64,000 bases of DNA, taken from assembly GCA_038087875.1 (NCBI GenBank), contig CM075977.1:84506001-84570000 (forward strand), written 5' to 3'. This stretch comes from Malacoraja senta. Lineage: Eukaryota. A model generated the notes under the pieces. That model saw nothing but the letters and a program-made list of their open reading frames with translations. It did no database searches and was not told where the DNA came from. This document shows, in pieces, positions 48,781 through 60,895 of this stretch (position 1 is its first letter; every line of letters begins with the position of its first letter). Both the position numbers and the translations under genes were made by a program.

Positions 48781-49946
48781 AATGTGCCGAGTGTTATGCA
48801 CTACAAAATTAGGCCATAGACTAAAAAATATTTCATTCAACAGATTTGTCAATGAATAGGATAATTAACATCAGATAGGCCCAGGTCTGGATCGTGGTGG
48901 GAGAGAGAGGGTGGAAGGGAGACTCAGCAATACCTAGGACAGTCAAGAATCTGGATCATCACCCAGGGAGTAGAATTGTACAAAGACAAGGGAAGGAGGG
49001 TATTTTTTGGCTGTGATTTTGGCTGGTGATCAGTGGGGAGATTTTGGTGTAAGTGGATGATATTATGGGTGCAGAGTAGTAAGTGGCTGCCAGATTTTGA
49101 TCAGGGCATGTTTGGGCTGGGAGGTCAGGAGGAGGAAAGGGCAAAGGCTGACTGCCAGAAATCCCGAGGAGAATTGGGTGCAACCACCAGAATCAATAGG
49201 GAATTTGACAGGGTTCTGGGGGCAAGGATCAGCCACTGGGCATTTGCAGGAAAGATCAGCTGGGAGACTGGTAAAGGGGGGGAGCCTTCTAGTGGATCAG
49301 GCATCTGGTTGGTGGTCATACAAGGGGAGATTGTGGAAAATATTCACTGACAAATGGGAGGGGGGAAATTATACAAGGTTTAAGATTGGATCTGGGACGG
49401 GTAGGTGATGTAGTAATACTTTGCAACTATAATGTATTTGAAGTAACTTGTTCAGCATGAGTTCTTTGAGTTTGGACCACACAGGTTCAAATTCTGAGAT
49501 ACCATTGGCTGTTTTAAACATTCATCCAAAATGTGCAGTGACCACCTCTGTAGACCACACACTAAGTCATATCAAAAGTGGAAAATATCACAAGGCTACA
49601 ATTGCCTGTGGATCATTGAACCTTGCCCCAAAACTTTGAGAACATTTTTGTTTATAAATATTTATAAGTACGTCAAGCCTCTAAATGGTCTCAAATATTT
49701 GTAATTCAATATGAAGAGCGTCATTCAGAGCACAGAAATTTATTGTCTGAATAATATTTGCAAAATGTGAATTCTATCAGCTGATGTCAGTTTGCAGGAG
49801 AATCTACATGGTGATCACTTTTATCATTGCTACAAAAAAAGTGCAAGAAGCCAACATTACCCCAGCTGGTAGCATAGGTCTGCCCAGCATATTAGAATCT
49901 TGCATTTCATTGCTGTGTAGAAAAAGCTATCAAACCTCACACTCAC

Positions 49947-50106
49947 CCTTGTGCTTTCATTGACGAGGATCGAGCAGCCAGCCAAACAAGGACTGAAGTA
50001 TGTAATCCCATCTGATCCACAGACAGGTTCGTAGTCATGGATTCTGCACCCACAGTTAACATTGCAGTCACCGGTTAGGTTTCTATGCGCCATTGTAAGT
50101 GAAGGG
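49947..50106 (-). CDS. SLCO5A1: SLCO5A1 exon, Kazal-like loop (G)PSLTMAHRNLTGDCNVNCGCRIHDYEPVCGSDGITYFSPCLAGCSILVNESTR; 160 bp
   Basis: Acceptor gttttcag and donor gtgagt; CNxxCxC...PVCGSDGITYFSPCLAGC is the OATP Kazal-type signature. Confidence 0.96.
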
Positions 50107-50394
50107 CTGAAAACACACACAAAAAGAGCTGTTTTTGCCTTGTTTCCACTTCCATACACTCTTGAACGTACATTTGTTATGTCTTGCAGACACAATTTCA
50201 AAAGCAATCAAGAATTATTATTTTTCGATGATGCTGGAGGGGTTTAGGCAGATATGACCGTTCTCCACATTCATCTATTCGTTGGGTTACTGGGTGGCAG
50301 GTAAATTTTGAGAAGACATGGAAAGGATAAAGAAATATAAAGGATTTTCAATAATGTTCATGGAGCAAAAGTTATTTTAAGCTACTTTAATAAT

Positions 50395-50670
50395 GTTACC
50401 TCAATTCAATGTCCATGCGGTTGGGTTGTAGGTTACCCAAGTGAAGTATGATGCACTGTTCATCTAGTTTGTGCTTGGCCTCACGTTGACAGTGAAGGAG
50501 GCCAAGGACAGGCATTAAAATGGCTAGCAAATGGGAAATGCAGATGGCGACAATGGACAAAGTGCAAGTGCTCGGCAAAATGGTCTCCTTGCCTATATTT
50601 GGTCTAACTGAGTGGAGGAGGTCACATTATGAGCACCCATTGCAATAAACAAGGTTGAAGGAGGTGTATT
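50395..50670 (-). mobile_element. Degenerate Penelope GIY-YIG fragment
   Basis: Peptide VLGLLHCQREAKHKLDEQCIILHLGNLQPNRMDIE matches the end of the 14380 element. Confidence 0.7.
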
Positions 50671-51173
50671 ATTTGTTTATAGTTTCCTAAATTTATAACT
50701 AGATCAATCCACTAATGGGGTCAGATTTTCCTTAAAAGAATTAATGTTTTGTTTCAATGAGGGATTCAACATTTGCCAAACTGAAGCCACTTTGCAGAAT
50801 TGCCACCTACAATAACTATTAAAGAAAACCTTGCACTCTGCAAAATACCACCACTTTTTAATATAAATAGAACAAAAATTGTCCAATTACTTTAATCCAT
50901 AATTATCACCAGAAGTGTGTGACTTGTTTCAGTCAGTGGGGTGGAAACGTTTGGTAGTTGTGTGAAACAAGCAAGAGTGGTCAAAGAACTAATTTTTCAC
51001 AGTGCCCAATTTTCTTTTCACTTTAAACCTGAGCTAAATAAATGTGGGTCCTATGTACAAGGCTGCCAATTTACTGTCAACCTTTGGACCAATTTCACTC
51101 TCAAAAGCCATTACAGACAAAACAACATTACAATCATTAAATGGCAAAAAACATAAATTGAGATATTTCTTAC

Positions 51174-51372
51174 CCTGTGGTGTATGGTATATTAATGCCC
51201 CCAAGGTTAATGCTTTCACAGCCAACAATGAAGAGTGTGGAGAAGCACAACAAAGAAACACCACTGCATATCATAGCAAGTTTAGCTGATTCTCGGGCAC
51301 CAAGCTTGAGTTTTTTAATAATGTAGCCCCCTAGGATAATGCCAACACCAGCACTGGGAACAATGACCACAC
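51174..51372 (-). CDS. SLCO5A1: SLCO5A1 exon, (G)VVIVPSAGVGIILGGYIIKKLKLGARESAKLAMICSGVSLLCFSTLFIVGCESINLGGINIPYTT(G); 199 bp
   Basis: Acceptor aattccag and donor gtaaga; OATP TM8-9. Confidence 0.96.
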
Positions 51373-51802
51373 CTGGAATTAAATCACAACAACAATTTAT
51401 AAATGGTTCACTTTACAGGGACCTACACACTAATTCCAAAGTACTGCATATGAATGAAGCAAGTTTTCATTAACGTTATAGTTTACCTTTCAGTTCTATT
51501 TAAAACCTGTATTTTCAATCTATACTCATCAACCGCCCAACGACATTATCAGAACATTATAAAATTCATGCGCTTTGTGCGAAAATTCTGTATGATATTG
51601 ATATTTTTCTCTTTTGTAATTAATCAGCATCTTTAATTGTGCATCGTTTCATTATTATTCTTCAATTAATTCTCTATATCTCAGTAAATTTTACAATCCC
51701 TCACAGCAATGTCATTTAGTTTTATCAGCAGGCAAGACAAATGAATTTACTTATTAGAAATGTTTACAACAATGTTTCCAATGACAATTACAAAGACATT
51801 GA

Positions 51803-52013
51803 GTAGGATGGAACTGCAGATGCTGGTTTACACCAAAGATAGACATAATATGCTGAAGTAACTCAGTGGAACAGGCAGCATCTCTGGATAGGAGGAATGG
51901 GTGACGTTTTGGGTAGTATGAAGAAGGATCTTGACCTGAAACGTCACCCATTCCTTCTATCCAGAGATGCTGCCTGTTCTGCTGAGTTACTCCAGCATTT
52001 TGTGTCTATCTAT
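51803..52013. mobile_element. Penelope-derived hairpin element with 11-bp TSD
   Basis: TSD aaagacattga at 51792-51802 and 52014-52024; arms ..gcagcatctctggataggaggaatgggtgacgttt and aaacgtcacccattccttctatccagagatgctgc.. Confidence 0.82.
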
Positions 52014-53384
52014 AAAGACATTGAACTGTTTAGAGCACCTGAACCTGTTCTTCATGTCCACCTGCCCAATAAACTGTACACTTTTCACCTTCATAGTATC
52101 TACAACAAATCACAAGGGGGTGGGCAGGATGCACATAGGCTTCAAGTTATTGTCTTCACCAAATATGTGATAAATATATATTGTATTTTTATGATAGGAT
52201 TTTCATTCAGATATTAAATTATAATTTCCTATTGATATTATCAGGAAAGTTGAATAGTATTAACTTATTTCTAAATTGATTGCAGAATACGTGTGACTAA
52301 AGAACTGAAATACAGTATCTTTCTTGTTGACCATTTGAGTCAGTGTGAGATCTATGTTGTTTCAAGTTGTATTTATATAGCACTTACATCATTGTTAAAA
52401 TATTTTGAAGTGCCACCCAGATATGTCTCAGAAAATGATTACTGATAAAGGAAGGGAGTGTTTATGAGCTATAACTGCATACTTGTTCTATCTGGGTTAT
52501 ACAACATGGTATCCTCAGGAATGTCTCTGTGGAGAAAAGCCAGCAAAACCCCCCAAGATCTCCTGATAGCTAACATTTCTCAAATACATTCAATTTATCT
52601 TGATTATAGAAAAATACCTAGATGACGTGTCAAATCATTCTGACCAACAAATTTTCTATAAATGTTAAATGTAGTAGTAGCTGGAATAAACGAGAAAACC
52701 GGAAGGAGAAACAGATTGTAAGGGGTCGTTTTAAAATGATAGAAATGTTTTAATTTTAAACCTAAGACATATTGTGGTAATAATTAAACTGAAGGTTCTG
52801 AAGTCACCAGATGAAGCACAAATCCATCCAGTGATCAATTACTACAAATAGGTTTAACAAAAGAAATCTGTTGCATGACTTGAGGACAGGCCAAAATGAT
52901 TTAGAGCCAATTATAATCAAGGATGCAATATGGGCAACGTGACATTCAATAGGTCCAACAATCAAAAACGATTTTAAAAAAATACCAGAATCTACTCCTC
53001 ACCCATATTTTACATCCATCTAGCATACAAAATGTGGGTCAGGTAGCACCTGTGGAGGGGCAACATTTCGGGTTAACCACTTCTGCGACCTGAAACATCA
53101 CCAATCCATGCCCTCCACAGATGTTGCTTGGCCAGCGATGTTCCTCCAGCATTTTGTGTTTTGCTCACGTTTCCAGCATCTTCAGTCTTTAGTGTCTCTG
53201 ATGCTTCTGCCTAATGTTTCATGCTAACCTCAGGATTTTGACTCTGCAGTATGCCCAAGATTTGGACCTCAAACTTGTACAAACAGATCTTACCATGAAT
53301 ATGATTGCAGGGATAAAAGTCTAATAGTCCTGTCATGCCCATAACTTCCAGAGGATACAGCCCTCTAAGAACTACAACATATTT

Positions 53385-53687
53385 ACAGTTATGGCATGGA
53401 AACAGGCCGTTCAGCCAACTGACTCCACGCCGACCATTGATCACCCGTTCACATTGGTTCAGTGTTATCTCACCTTCTCAACAACTGCCTACACTCTGGG
53501 GGCAGGTTACAACAAACAATGAACCTGGAAACCCATATGTCTTTGGGATGTGGGAGGAAACTGGAGCACTCAGAGGAAACCCACGCAGTCACAGAGAAAA
53601 TGTGCAAACTCCTTACGGAAAGCACCCAAAGTCAGGATAGAATCTGTTCTCTGGCGCTGTAAGGTAGTGGCTCTACCCGCCGCCCAT
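53385..53687 (-). mobile_element. V-SINE (HE1-like)
   Basis: Similar to the reverse complement of 15967-16277. Confidence 0.75.
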
Positions 53688-54154
53688 AAACCTGTCTGGA
53701 TTTTATGTTCATCAGCCATGCATTCCATTGACCAAACCCTATGATATCCCTTTTAGATTAGGGGAGATACTAGCAACATTAAATTGTGCACAGGATACTC
53801 TGCACTAGATCTGTAACCACGTGTTACTCAAAATCTATTCTGGTCTTTGGCATGAAAACAATGCTTGTTTGTCCTTCCCTCTTTGGAAGGTCTCAAAATA
53901 CTGCAAAACTCCATTAATTCAGTGTGCATGGAGCTTTAGTGGTGCTGAACTAGCAGATTTTCCAGACTAATGGACGTTTCTCAAATTAATACCCCAACAT
54001 GATTTTTATTTGCTGTTTTTTAATGACTTTCATTGGAGTGCGAGAAATAGAAGTGGACGAGTTTCAAGGCAATGTGGAAACAGCGTCAAGGTGCACCGAT
54101 GCATACAGAGGAACCACTGGACTAAGCTGCCTAAGTGCATTAGCGAGAGCCTTA

Positions 54155-54603
54155 TGGGCCTGTCCCACTTATGCATTGTTTTAGGCAATTACAGGCAACT
54201 AGGCTGTCGCCACATGGTCGCCTGGGTGTCGCCTGTATGGTCGTGAGTAGTCTCCTCAATCGCCCAAAGAGTCGTAGCGTTTTTCTGGTCGCCGCTGGAT
54301 TTTCAACATGTTGAAACATTTTCGGAGACAGTCGGCAACAGTGGGTTTGACGCCAATGAGCATAGCTAAACTTCTCCTGACGCAGGGGCTGTCATAGTTG
54401 TCACCAGGTTAACGTAGGTTGTCGCCAGGTGACGTAGGTTGTCGCCAGGTGCTGACTTTGGGTTTTTTTGGTTGTCAAAGTAATGATTCTATTCCAAATT
54501 TTATGTCGAAGGGGGTCCAGTCGCCGTTTTTTTTTCTCGGCGACCTGCTACGACTATGAGTCGCCGGCAGTCATCTAAAAATAGCCTAAGTGGGACAGGC
54601 CGA
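54155..54603. mobile_element. Harbinger-type MITE, same family as 34865-35375 in the opposite orientation
   Basis: TIR tgggcctgtcccactta and taagtgggacaggccga; flanks tta and taa; internal acgtaggttgtcgcca repeats. Confidence 0.82.
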
Positions 54604-54788
54604 TAAGAATGGTAAAGGGAGCCACGGTAACACAGTTCCTTTAGCTTCCCAAGAGAAATAAACATGGACATGGGAACTTAGAATATTAAAGGAAGCAAGG
54701 GATCATGTGTATAATTTTACTGACTGAAATTTATACCCAATCGCTGGGTAAAGGAACAATTGATATATTGTCTCAGATCAGAATTATC

Positions 54789-55105
54789 TGGGCAGCACGG
54801 TGGAGCAGCGGTAGAGTTGCTGCCTTACAGTGCCAAAGACCTAGGTTCGATCCTGACTATGGGTGCTGTTTGTAAGGAGTTTGTACCTTCTCCCTGTGAC
54901 CGCGCATGTTTTCTCCGGGTGTTCCAGTTTCCTCTCACATTCCAAAGATGTACAGATTTGTAGGTTAATTGGCTTCTGTAAATTGTCCCTAGTGTGTAGG
55001 ATGCAAAACTGGGATAACACAGAACTGGTGTATGGGTGATCATTGGTTGGCAGGGACTCAGTGGGCCATAGGGCCTGTTTCCATGCTGCATCTCAAAACT
55101 CTAAA
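54789..55105 (+). mobile_element. V-SINE (HE1-like)
   Basis: gggcagcacggtggagcagcggtagag...ggttcgatcc...gggcctgtttcc. Confidence 0.85.
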
Positions 55106-55566
55106 TTAATCTGTATATAATCAGCATTTTTTGTTATACAGGAGATCTGTGTTTTGCATCATCTCTCCACGTTGGCATGTTTTTTGTCTGACTGCCTTGA
55201 AATTTGTTCGCAACATTTTTTAATGATGCACGCTAGTTCTATCGCCCACATCCTCAAATTTCATCTTGCTCCACCATACCATTTGAGGAGCCCACACACA
55301 AGAGCAGGGATGTCAAATGGCATGCGGTGTTTGTTTTGAAATCACTTGCATTTAGGCCGAAGCACATTTAACTGAGACTGAGGCACCACTACTTTAGCTG
55401 ATCTGCTGCTTGTAATTCTAAAGTGCCTGTCATCTTCCAGGAAGATTCTCATTTAGGGGGTTTCCTTCATATTTTCACCCACCATCCTCACATCGCATTG
55501 CCAATATCTTTCTGGTCCTTGTTCATGTCTTTGTCTAGTTCCCACATTACTTCACACCTAATCAAA

Positions 55567-56010
55567 TGTAGATACAAGGAACTGCAGATGCTGGTTTACA
55601 AAAAAAGACACTAAGTGCTGGAGTAACACAGTAGGTCAGGCAGCATTTCTGGAAAACATGATTGACACTTCACCTCAGGACCCTTCTTCACATTGATTGT
55701 GGGTGGGTGGGGAAGAAAGCTGGATGAGAGGCCAGGATAATGTCTGGCTAGTTATAGGTGGATGCAGGTGATGGGGGGTTTTAATAGACAGATGGTTGAC
55801 AAAGGCCAGAGATGAAAATACAAAAGACGTGAGGTAGGATAGAAGAGGTGAGAAGGAATATAGTGGAAGGAGAAATGGGCATGAGTCCAGGTGGGGCACA
55901 GGGAAAGGGAGGGGGGGGAAGGAAGGAAAGGTAGTTGGAAGCTTACTTACCTACTTAAAATTGGAGAATTCAACGTTCATACCGTTATGTTGTAAGCTAC
56001 CCTAGCGGTT
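55567..56010 (-). mobile_element. Penelope-like 3' end / terminal repeat
   Basis: Same terminal sequence as the other copies (aaggaactgcagatgctggttt...), with the end of the ORF at ~55955-56010. Confidence 0.7.
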
Positions 56011-56425
56011 GTCCTGCAAGAGTACAAAGGTAAGACCTCTGCTGAGGACTGACCATTCTGCATCCGAAAGTAAGAGGTCAGGATTCACTCATTCTGCCTA
56101 CCCTCATTGCTTCAAACTCACCATGCTGTTAGGTCTCTGATCCTCTGAGCACTGATGTCCCAGGCCATGGCCCACCCATCCCCATCAATGATGCTCCCAA
56201 TGTTCTGATGCCAAACCTGAACCTCTTTCTACCCCTGTCCTCAACAATCGATGACCAACCTGATTTTCTCATTCATGGCCTTGTCCTGGCATGATGTAGC
56301 ACACCTTCCTGACACAGCCGCCATGTAACCCCAACCCCAGTCTTTTCTGTGAACCTCTAATGCAGAAGGAAGCTTCTTCCCCCACAATTGCAGATGGAAG
56401 CTGTTTTCCCCATAATTCCTTTTAG

Positions 56426-56718
56426 AGAGTTTAGTTTAGAGATAAAGCGTGGAAACAGGCCCTCTGGCCCACCCACGCTAACCGGCAATCCCCGTACACA
56501 AGCACTTTCCTGCACACGGGGGACAATTTCCGATTCTTACCGAAGCCAATTAACCCGCAAACCTGTACTTCATTGGGATGTGGGACGAAACCAGAACTCC
56601 CAGAGAAAACCAATGCGGTCATGGGGAGAACGGACAAGCTCTGTACAGACAGCACCCGTAGTCAGGATCAAACCCGTGTCTCTCGTGTAAGGCAGCAACT
56701 CTATCGCTGCGCCACCAT
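56426..56718 (-). mobile_element. V-SINE (HE1-like)
   Basis: The minus strand has the tRNA head, V-domain and ctaaac tail. Confidence 0.82.
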
Positions 56719-58633
56719 GCAGCTTAGTCTTGCATTCCAAAATATCCCCCATAAATTGAATAACAAAAAGATGAATTAGAGGCACTTGTGGGATTGGTCC
56801 AATTTACTGGCTGAGTTGTAAGTAAGTAACCAGTAAGCAAAAGTTGCTCGTCACTTCATTAACTTTGTATATCACAGTGGTTTCAGAGATAATCAACTGA
56901 ACATTCCCACTCAGAAAGTCAGAGAATTGGTTTGAGGACCTCCTACACTATACTGCCAATTTTGAGGGTTCGGTGATATCCTGCAGTGTCACGTCCTTCA
57001 TCAAACTCTAGATATGATCAACAAATTCCTGTTGCATCCAACCATTTGGTGTCTATCACTGCATGCATCTTTTAGGCTCTTGTCAAAGAATGGACAGAAC
57101 TGGTATTTGGCACTGAGCTGAGATACACTCGGTTTGAAGTATACCCGTAGTCTCACCACGTGTTGGTATTGCGAACATCAGCAGATGTACTGCATCAAGC
57201 AAAAGATTTGTATCATAAATGTGCATATTTTTATAACCACATATGCACATAATTGCAAGTGGGATGTACGTCACAGTGTAGATTAATCCTCCAATATTCT
57301 TAAAAAGTGTGCTTTCTCAGTTTAATTTTCTGGTCCCACTTTCTTTGTCCTGTTGCCCTTAGTAACAATGCCCCAACAACTGTTATTACTGTGAAGCTCT
57401 GCCATGTGGTTATCAGGTAACATGAAATGGAAATTGCTCTCTTTGACACCATGCCCAACCTGCAACGAGGTAAAGTGCAGTGGCAGAAATTGAAATTTGC
57501 ACATACCAAATTCCACTAGTGAACACCATGGCCAACAACATTTTCATTAAACATTCTTTCTGGATCGTGTATTTAAAATGGGCTACATGTTCTGTACAGA
57601 TTTTAAAATAGTAGGATGGTCTTGCGGAATGCTGTGTAAAAATGCTGCATTTTGGCCTGGGTGTTTATCTTTATGCTAACAAATCAACAATGATATAATA
57701 CTTTAAAACATGGCCGGAGCACCAAAAGCCACTTCAGGGGAGACTAATTGAACAAGCAATGATACTGAAGCCGAAGCAGCAACAATTTGGGGGTGAGTGA
57801 GGAGAAGACTCAAAGAAGTTGAGGAATTGATTTTAGAGCCCACAGATTAATGAAGATGAATGACAATGGTGAGCCAAAGCTAGTGGAAGTTGCAGAACTG
57901 GCTAGTGTTGAGAGTAGTACAGAGTTCTAGGCTGTACAAACCATAGTGATCGTGAAAGGCAATTTTCTTTTCAAAAGATAAGAGCATTAAAATCAGGCCA
58001 CAATAGACTGAAGACCAACATGGATCAATTGGAACTGTCAAGGATGAGCAGGACTCAGTGGATGTTTCAAATACGAAGCAGAGTTTCTATGAGCTGAAAT
58101 TTAATGATAAGCAGAATGGTTGAGACGAGAGATGAACGAGCCATGGAAGGAGGAAATTTAAATCAAGGTCAAATGAGATGTTTGGATTATAACCAGTCTG
58201 TTTCTACCTAAAATATGTACACTGAGACAGGAGTAAATATTATGGAGGGAAAATTAGAAGCATTTAGTGATGGAGAAAACAGACAGTAGAAAGTCCAGTT
58301 CAAGGTCAAATGGGAGGTTTAGATTATAACATCTCTGGTTCAACCTCAGACGATGATCAGTAAAGAGAAAGAATCTGTGACAAATCTATAAAAATTCGAT
58401 GCATTGCTAAAAATAACAAATGAGGTTGGTATTGTGGACTTCACCAGAACTATCCTCACAAGCTAGACATCTTATAAATACAAGAACAGGAAAACCTAAC
58501 AATAGCTTGCACAAAACTGATGAGCAAATCATATGCTGCGCAAGCTGGAATGTTGCAGCGCCTGCCTAAAGTGTAGGAAATATATTGAACATCATTTTGT
58601 TGATGCACTGATGATATCAAAATAGTTAATAAT

Positions 58634-59573
58634 GAGTACGAAGGAACTGCAGATGCTGGTTTAAGCCGAAGTTATACATAAAAAGCCGGAGTAACTCAGC
58701 GGGTCAGACATTTCGGGTCGAGACCCTTCTTCAGACTGAGAGTCAGGGTAAAGAGAAACGAGAGATGTAGACGGTAATAAAGTGAGATACAGAACAAATG
58801 AATGAATAATATGCAAAAAAGTAACGCTGATAAAGGAAACAGGCCATTGTTAGCTGTGAACTAGGTGAAAACGAGTTACGGACAATGAAACTCAGTGTGA
58901 AGAAGGGTCTCGACCCGAAACTTCACCTATTCCTTCGCTCCCTAGATGCTGCCTCACCCGCTGAGTTTCTCCAGATTTTTGTCTACCTTTGATTTTTCCA
59001 GCATCTGCAGTTCGTTCTTAAATAAAACACAACAAGATGACTTTGAGGCTGGTATGACTTGGGTGGGGGAGGGATGGAGAGAGGGGGGATGCAAGGGTTA
59101 TGTGAAGTTAGACAAATCAAAATTCATACCTCTCTGTTGTAAGTTGCCTAAGCGAAATATGAGGTACTGTTCCTCCAATTTGCAGTTGGCCTCACACTGA
59201 CAATGAAGGAGGCCCAGGACAGACAGGACAGTGTGGGAATGGGAAGGGGAATTAAAGTGTTTGGCAACCGGGAGATCAGGTAGGTCCAGGTGGACTGAGA
59301 GAAGGTGTTCAGCGAAATGATCGCCCAGTCTACATTTGGTCTCGCCGATGTACAAGAGTCCACACCTTGTGAAGGTGGACTCTTATACTTGGGTGAGACC
59401 AAACGCCGTGATATCTCTCTATATAACTGTCTATATCTCTCGTTTCCATTTTCCCCAGAATCTCAGTCTGAAAAAAGATCTCGACCCAAAACGTCACCTA
59501 TTCCTTTTCCGTTCCTCTTCTCTAGAGATGCTGTCTGACCCGCTGAGTTACTACAGCTTTTTGTGTCTATCTT
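58634..59573 (-). mobile_element. Penelope-like element (GIY-YIG fragment) with an inverted terminal repeat, a nested short copy (~58896-59022) and an 11-bp TSD
   Basis: ORF 59098-59355 gives YIGETKCRLGDHFAEH...HFNSPSH; TSD tagttaataat at 58623-58633 and 59574-59584. Confidence 0.85.
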
Positions 59574-60730
59574 TAGTTAATAATTAATACTGTTTATACC
59601 ATCATCTGTAATGATTTAACCTCTTTAACATCAGCTAAAATTATCATTAACTGTGATAATTTGAAAACTTTGTTTCTTTAAATGAATAAGGATTGGGTAT
59701 TGTCACAATATTTCAGTGATAATGAAATTTTAATTTGATAAGCATAACACAACAGATGCTGAAAATTTGAAATAAAAGCAGAAAATGATAGAAGCACTGA
59801 GTATGTCAGGCAACATGTGTGGTAAACAAAAGGTCAATAGCCTTTTCTCAGAATTAGAAATGTTAGAAATCACACGTTTTCACACAAATGTTAGAAATAA
59901 CAGAAGTGGAAGAGGCAGAGAGAACAAATGGAATGTTTGTCATAGGGGTGGAGACTAAGAGAGACTGAATGACACAAATGGTGCTGCCCATATATTTGCA
60001 TCCCCTCTTGTGACCAACAATCTCTGATCACCTTCTCTCAACCAGCACAAGCACTTTGTGTCATTTAGTCTCGATAGGTTTCTCGTCACAGAGGTTTCCC
60101 TCTATAGCTGCTCGACTCGCTGCATTCCTCCAGCAGATTGTTTATTGTTCCAGAATTCTAGTATCTGAAGTCTCTCGTGTTTCCCTTTGGGCTCTCCACC
60201 CTACCCCTTCTGTGCAACTTAAAACACATTTGATTTCTAACATCTCCTAGTTCTGGCTGAAAGTTATTGACCTGAAATGTTAATTCTCTTTCTATCTCCA
60301 CAGTGGTTGCCTGAGTTGCTGAGCAGTTTAACATTTTCTAATTTACTTTACCTCCCAATGCTTCATTTGTCTCTATATGACAGTGCTTCATAAAGCAATC
60401 AGAGGAGAATTATCAAGGAAACTTAAATTAAAGTTTATCAAGGAAACTTAAATCTAAATTTTAGAAAAAAAATAAAACCCTGATATGAATTACAACTGCC
60501 CAAGTCATCTTCGGTGATTATTTCAGAATTGGTACATTACATGCATTTTACATTCAAATGACATCTAACAAGGGAAACAAAATAATTTGTTTCATTCAAT
60601 CACATGTGCAGCATGGATTCATATTTCAGCCCTTTTAACCTGATCCAGAGAGGGGTAAAACTCTCAAACTGTCTCGTAAAATGTTTTGTAAAATAACTTC
60701 ACACCCAAAAGGTTAACATACACATCTTAC

Positions 60731-60895
60731 CAGTGTAAATGCTTGCATTAGATGCTGGGATGCCAAACTGAGATTCAATAAACTTGGGAATGAAGGTAAT
60801 AAAAGCGGTGACGATGGCACTTTCTGCAGTGTATGACAAGCTCACAAACAGGAATGTCATGTTGCTCAAGATCCTGACAGCTGCTTTGGGAATGT
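60731..60895 (-). CDS. SLCO5A1: SLCO5A1 exon, (D)IPKAAVRILSNMTFLFVSLSYTAESAIVTAFITFIPKFIESQFGIPASNASIYT(G); 165 bp; no upstream exon recognised in the window
   Basis: Acceptor tttttatag and donor gtaaga; OATP TM7 and the FxPKFIExQF motif. Confidence 0.96.

Noticed and set aside
48890-49410. Purine-rich block with 64-105-aa ORFs; also the decayed LINE-like sequence at ~20840-21900
   Set aside because: Probably old repeat remnants, but no diagnostic motif could be read, so they are left unassigned.
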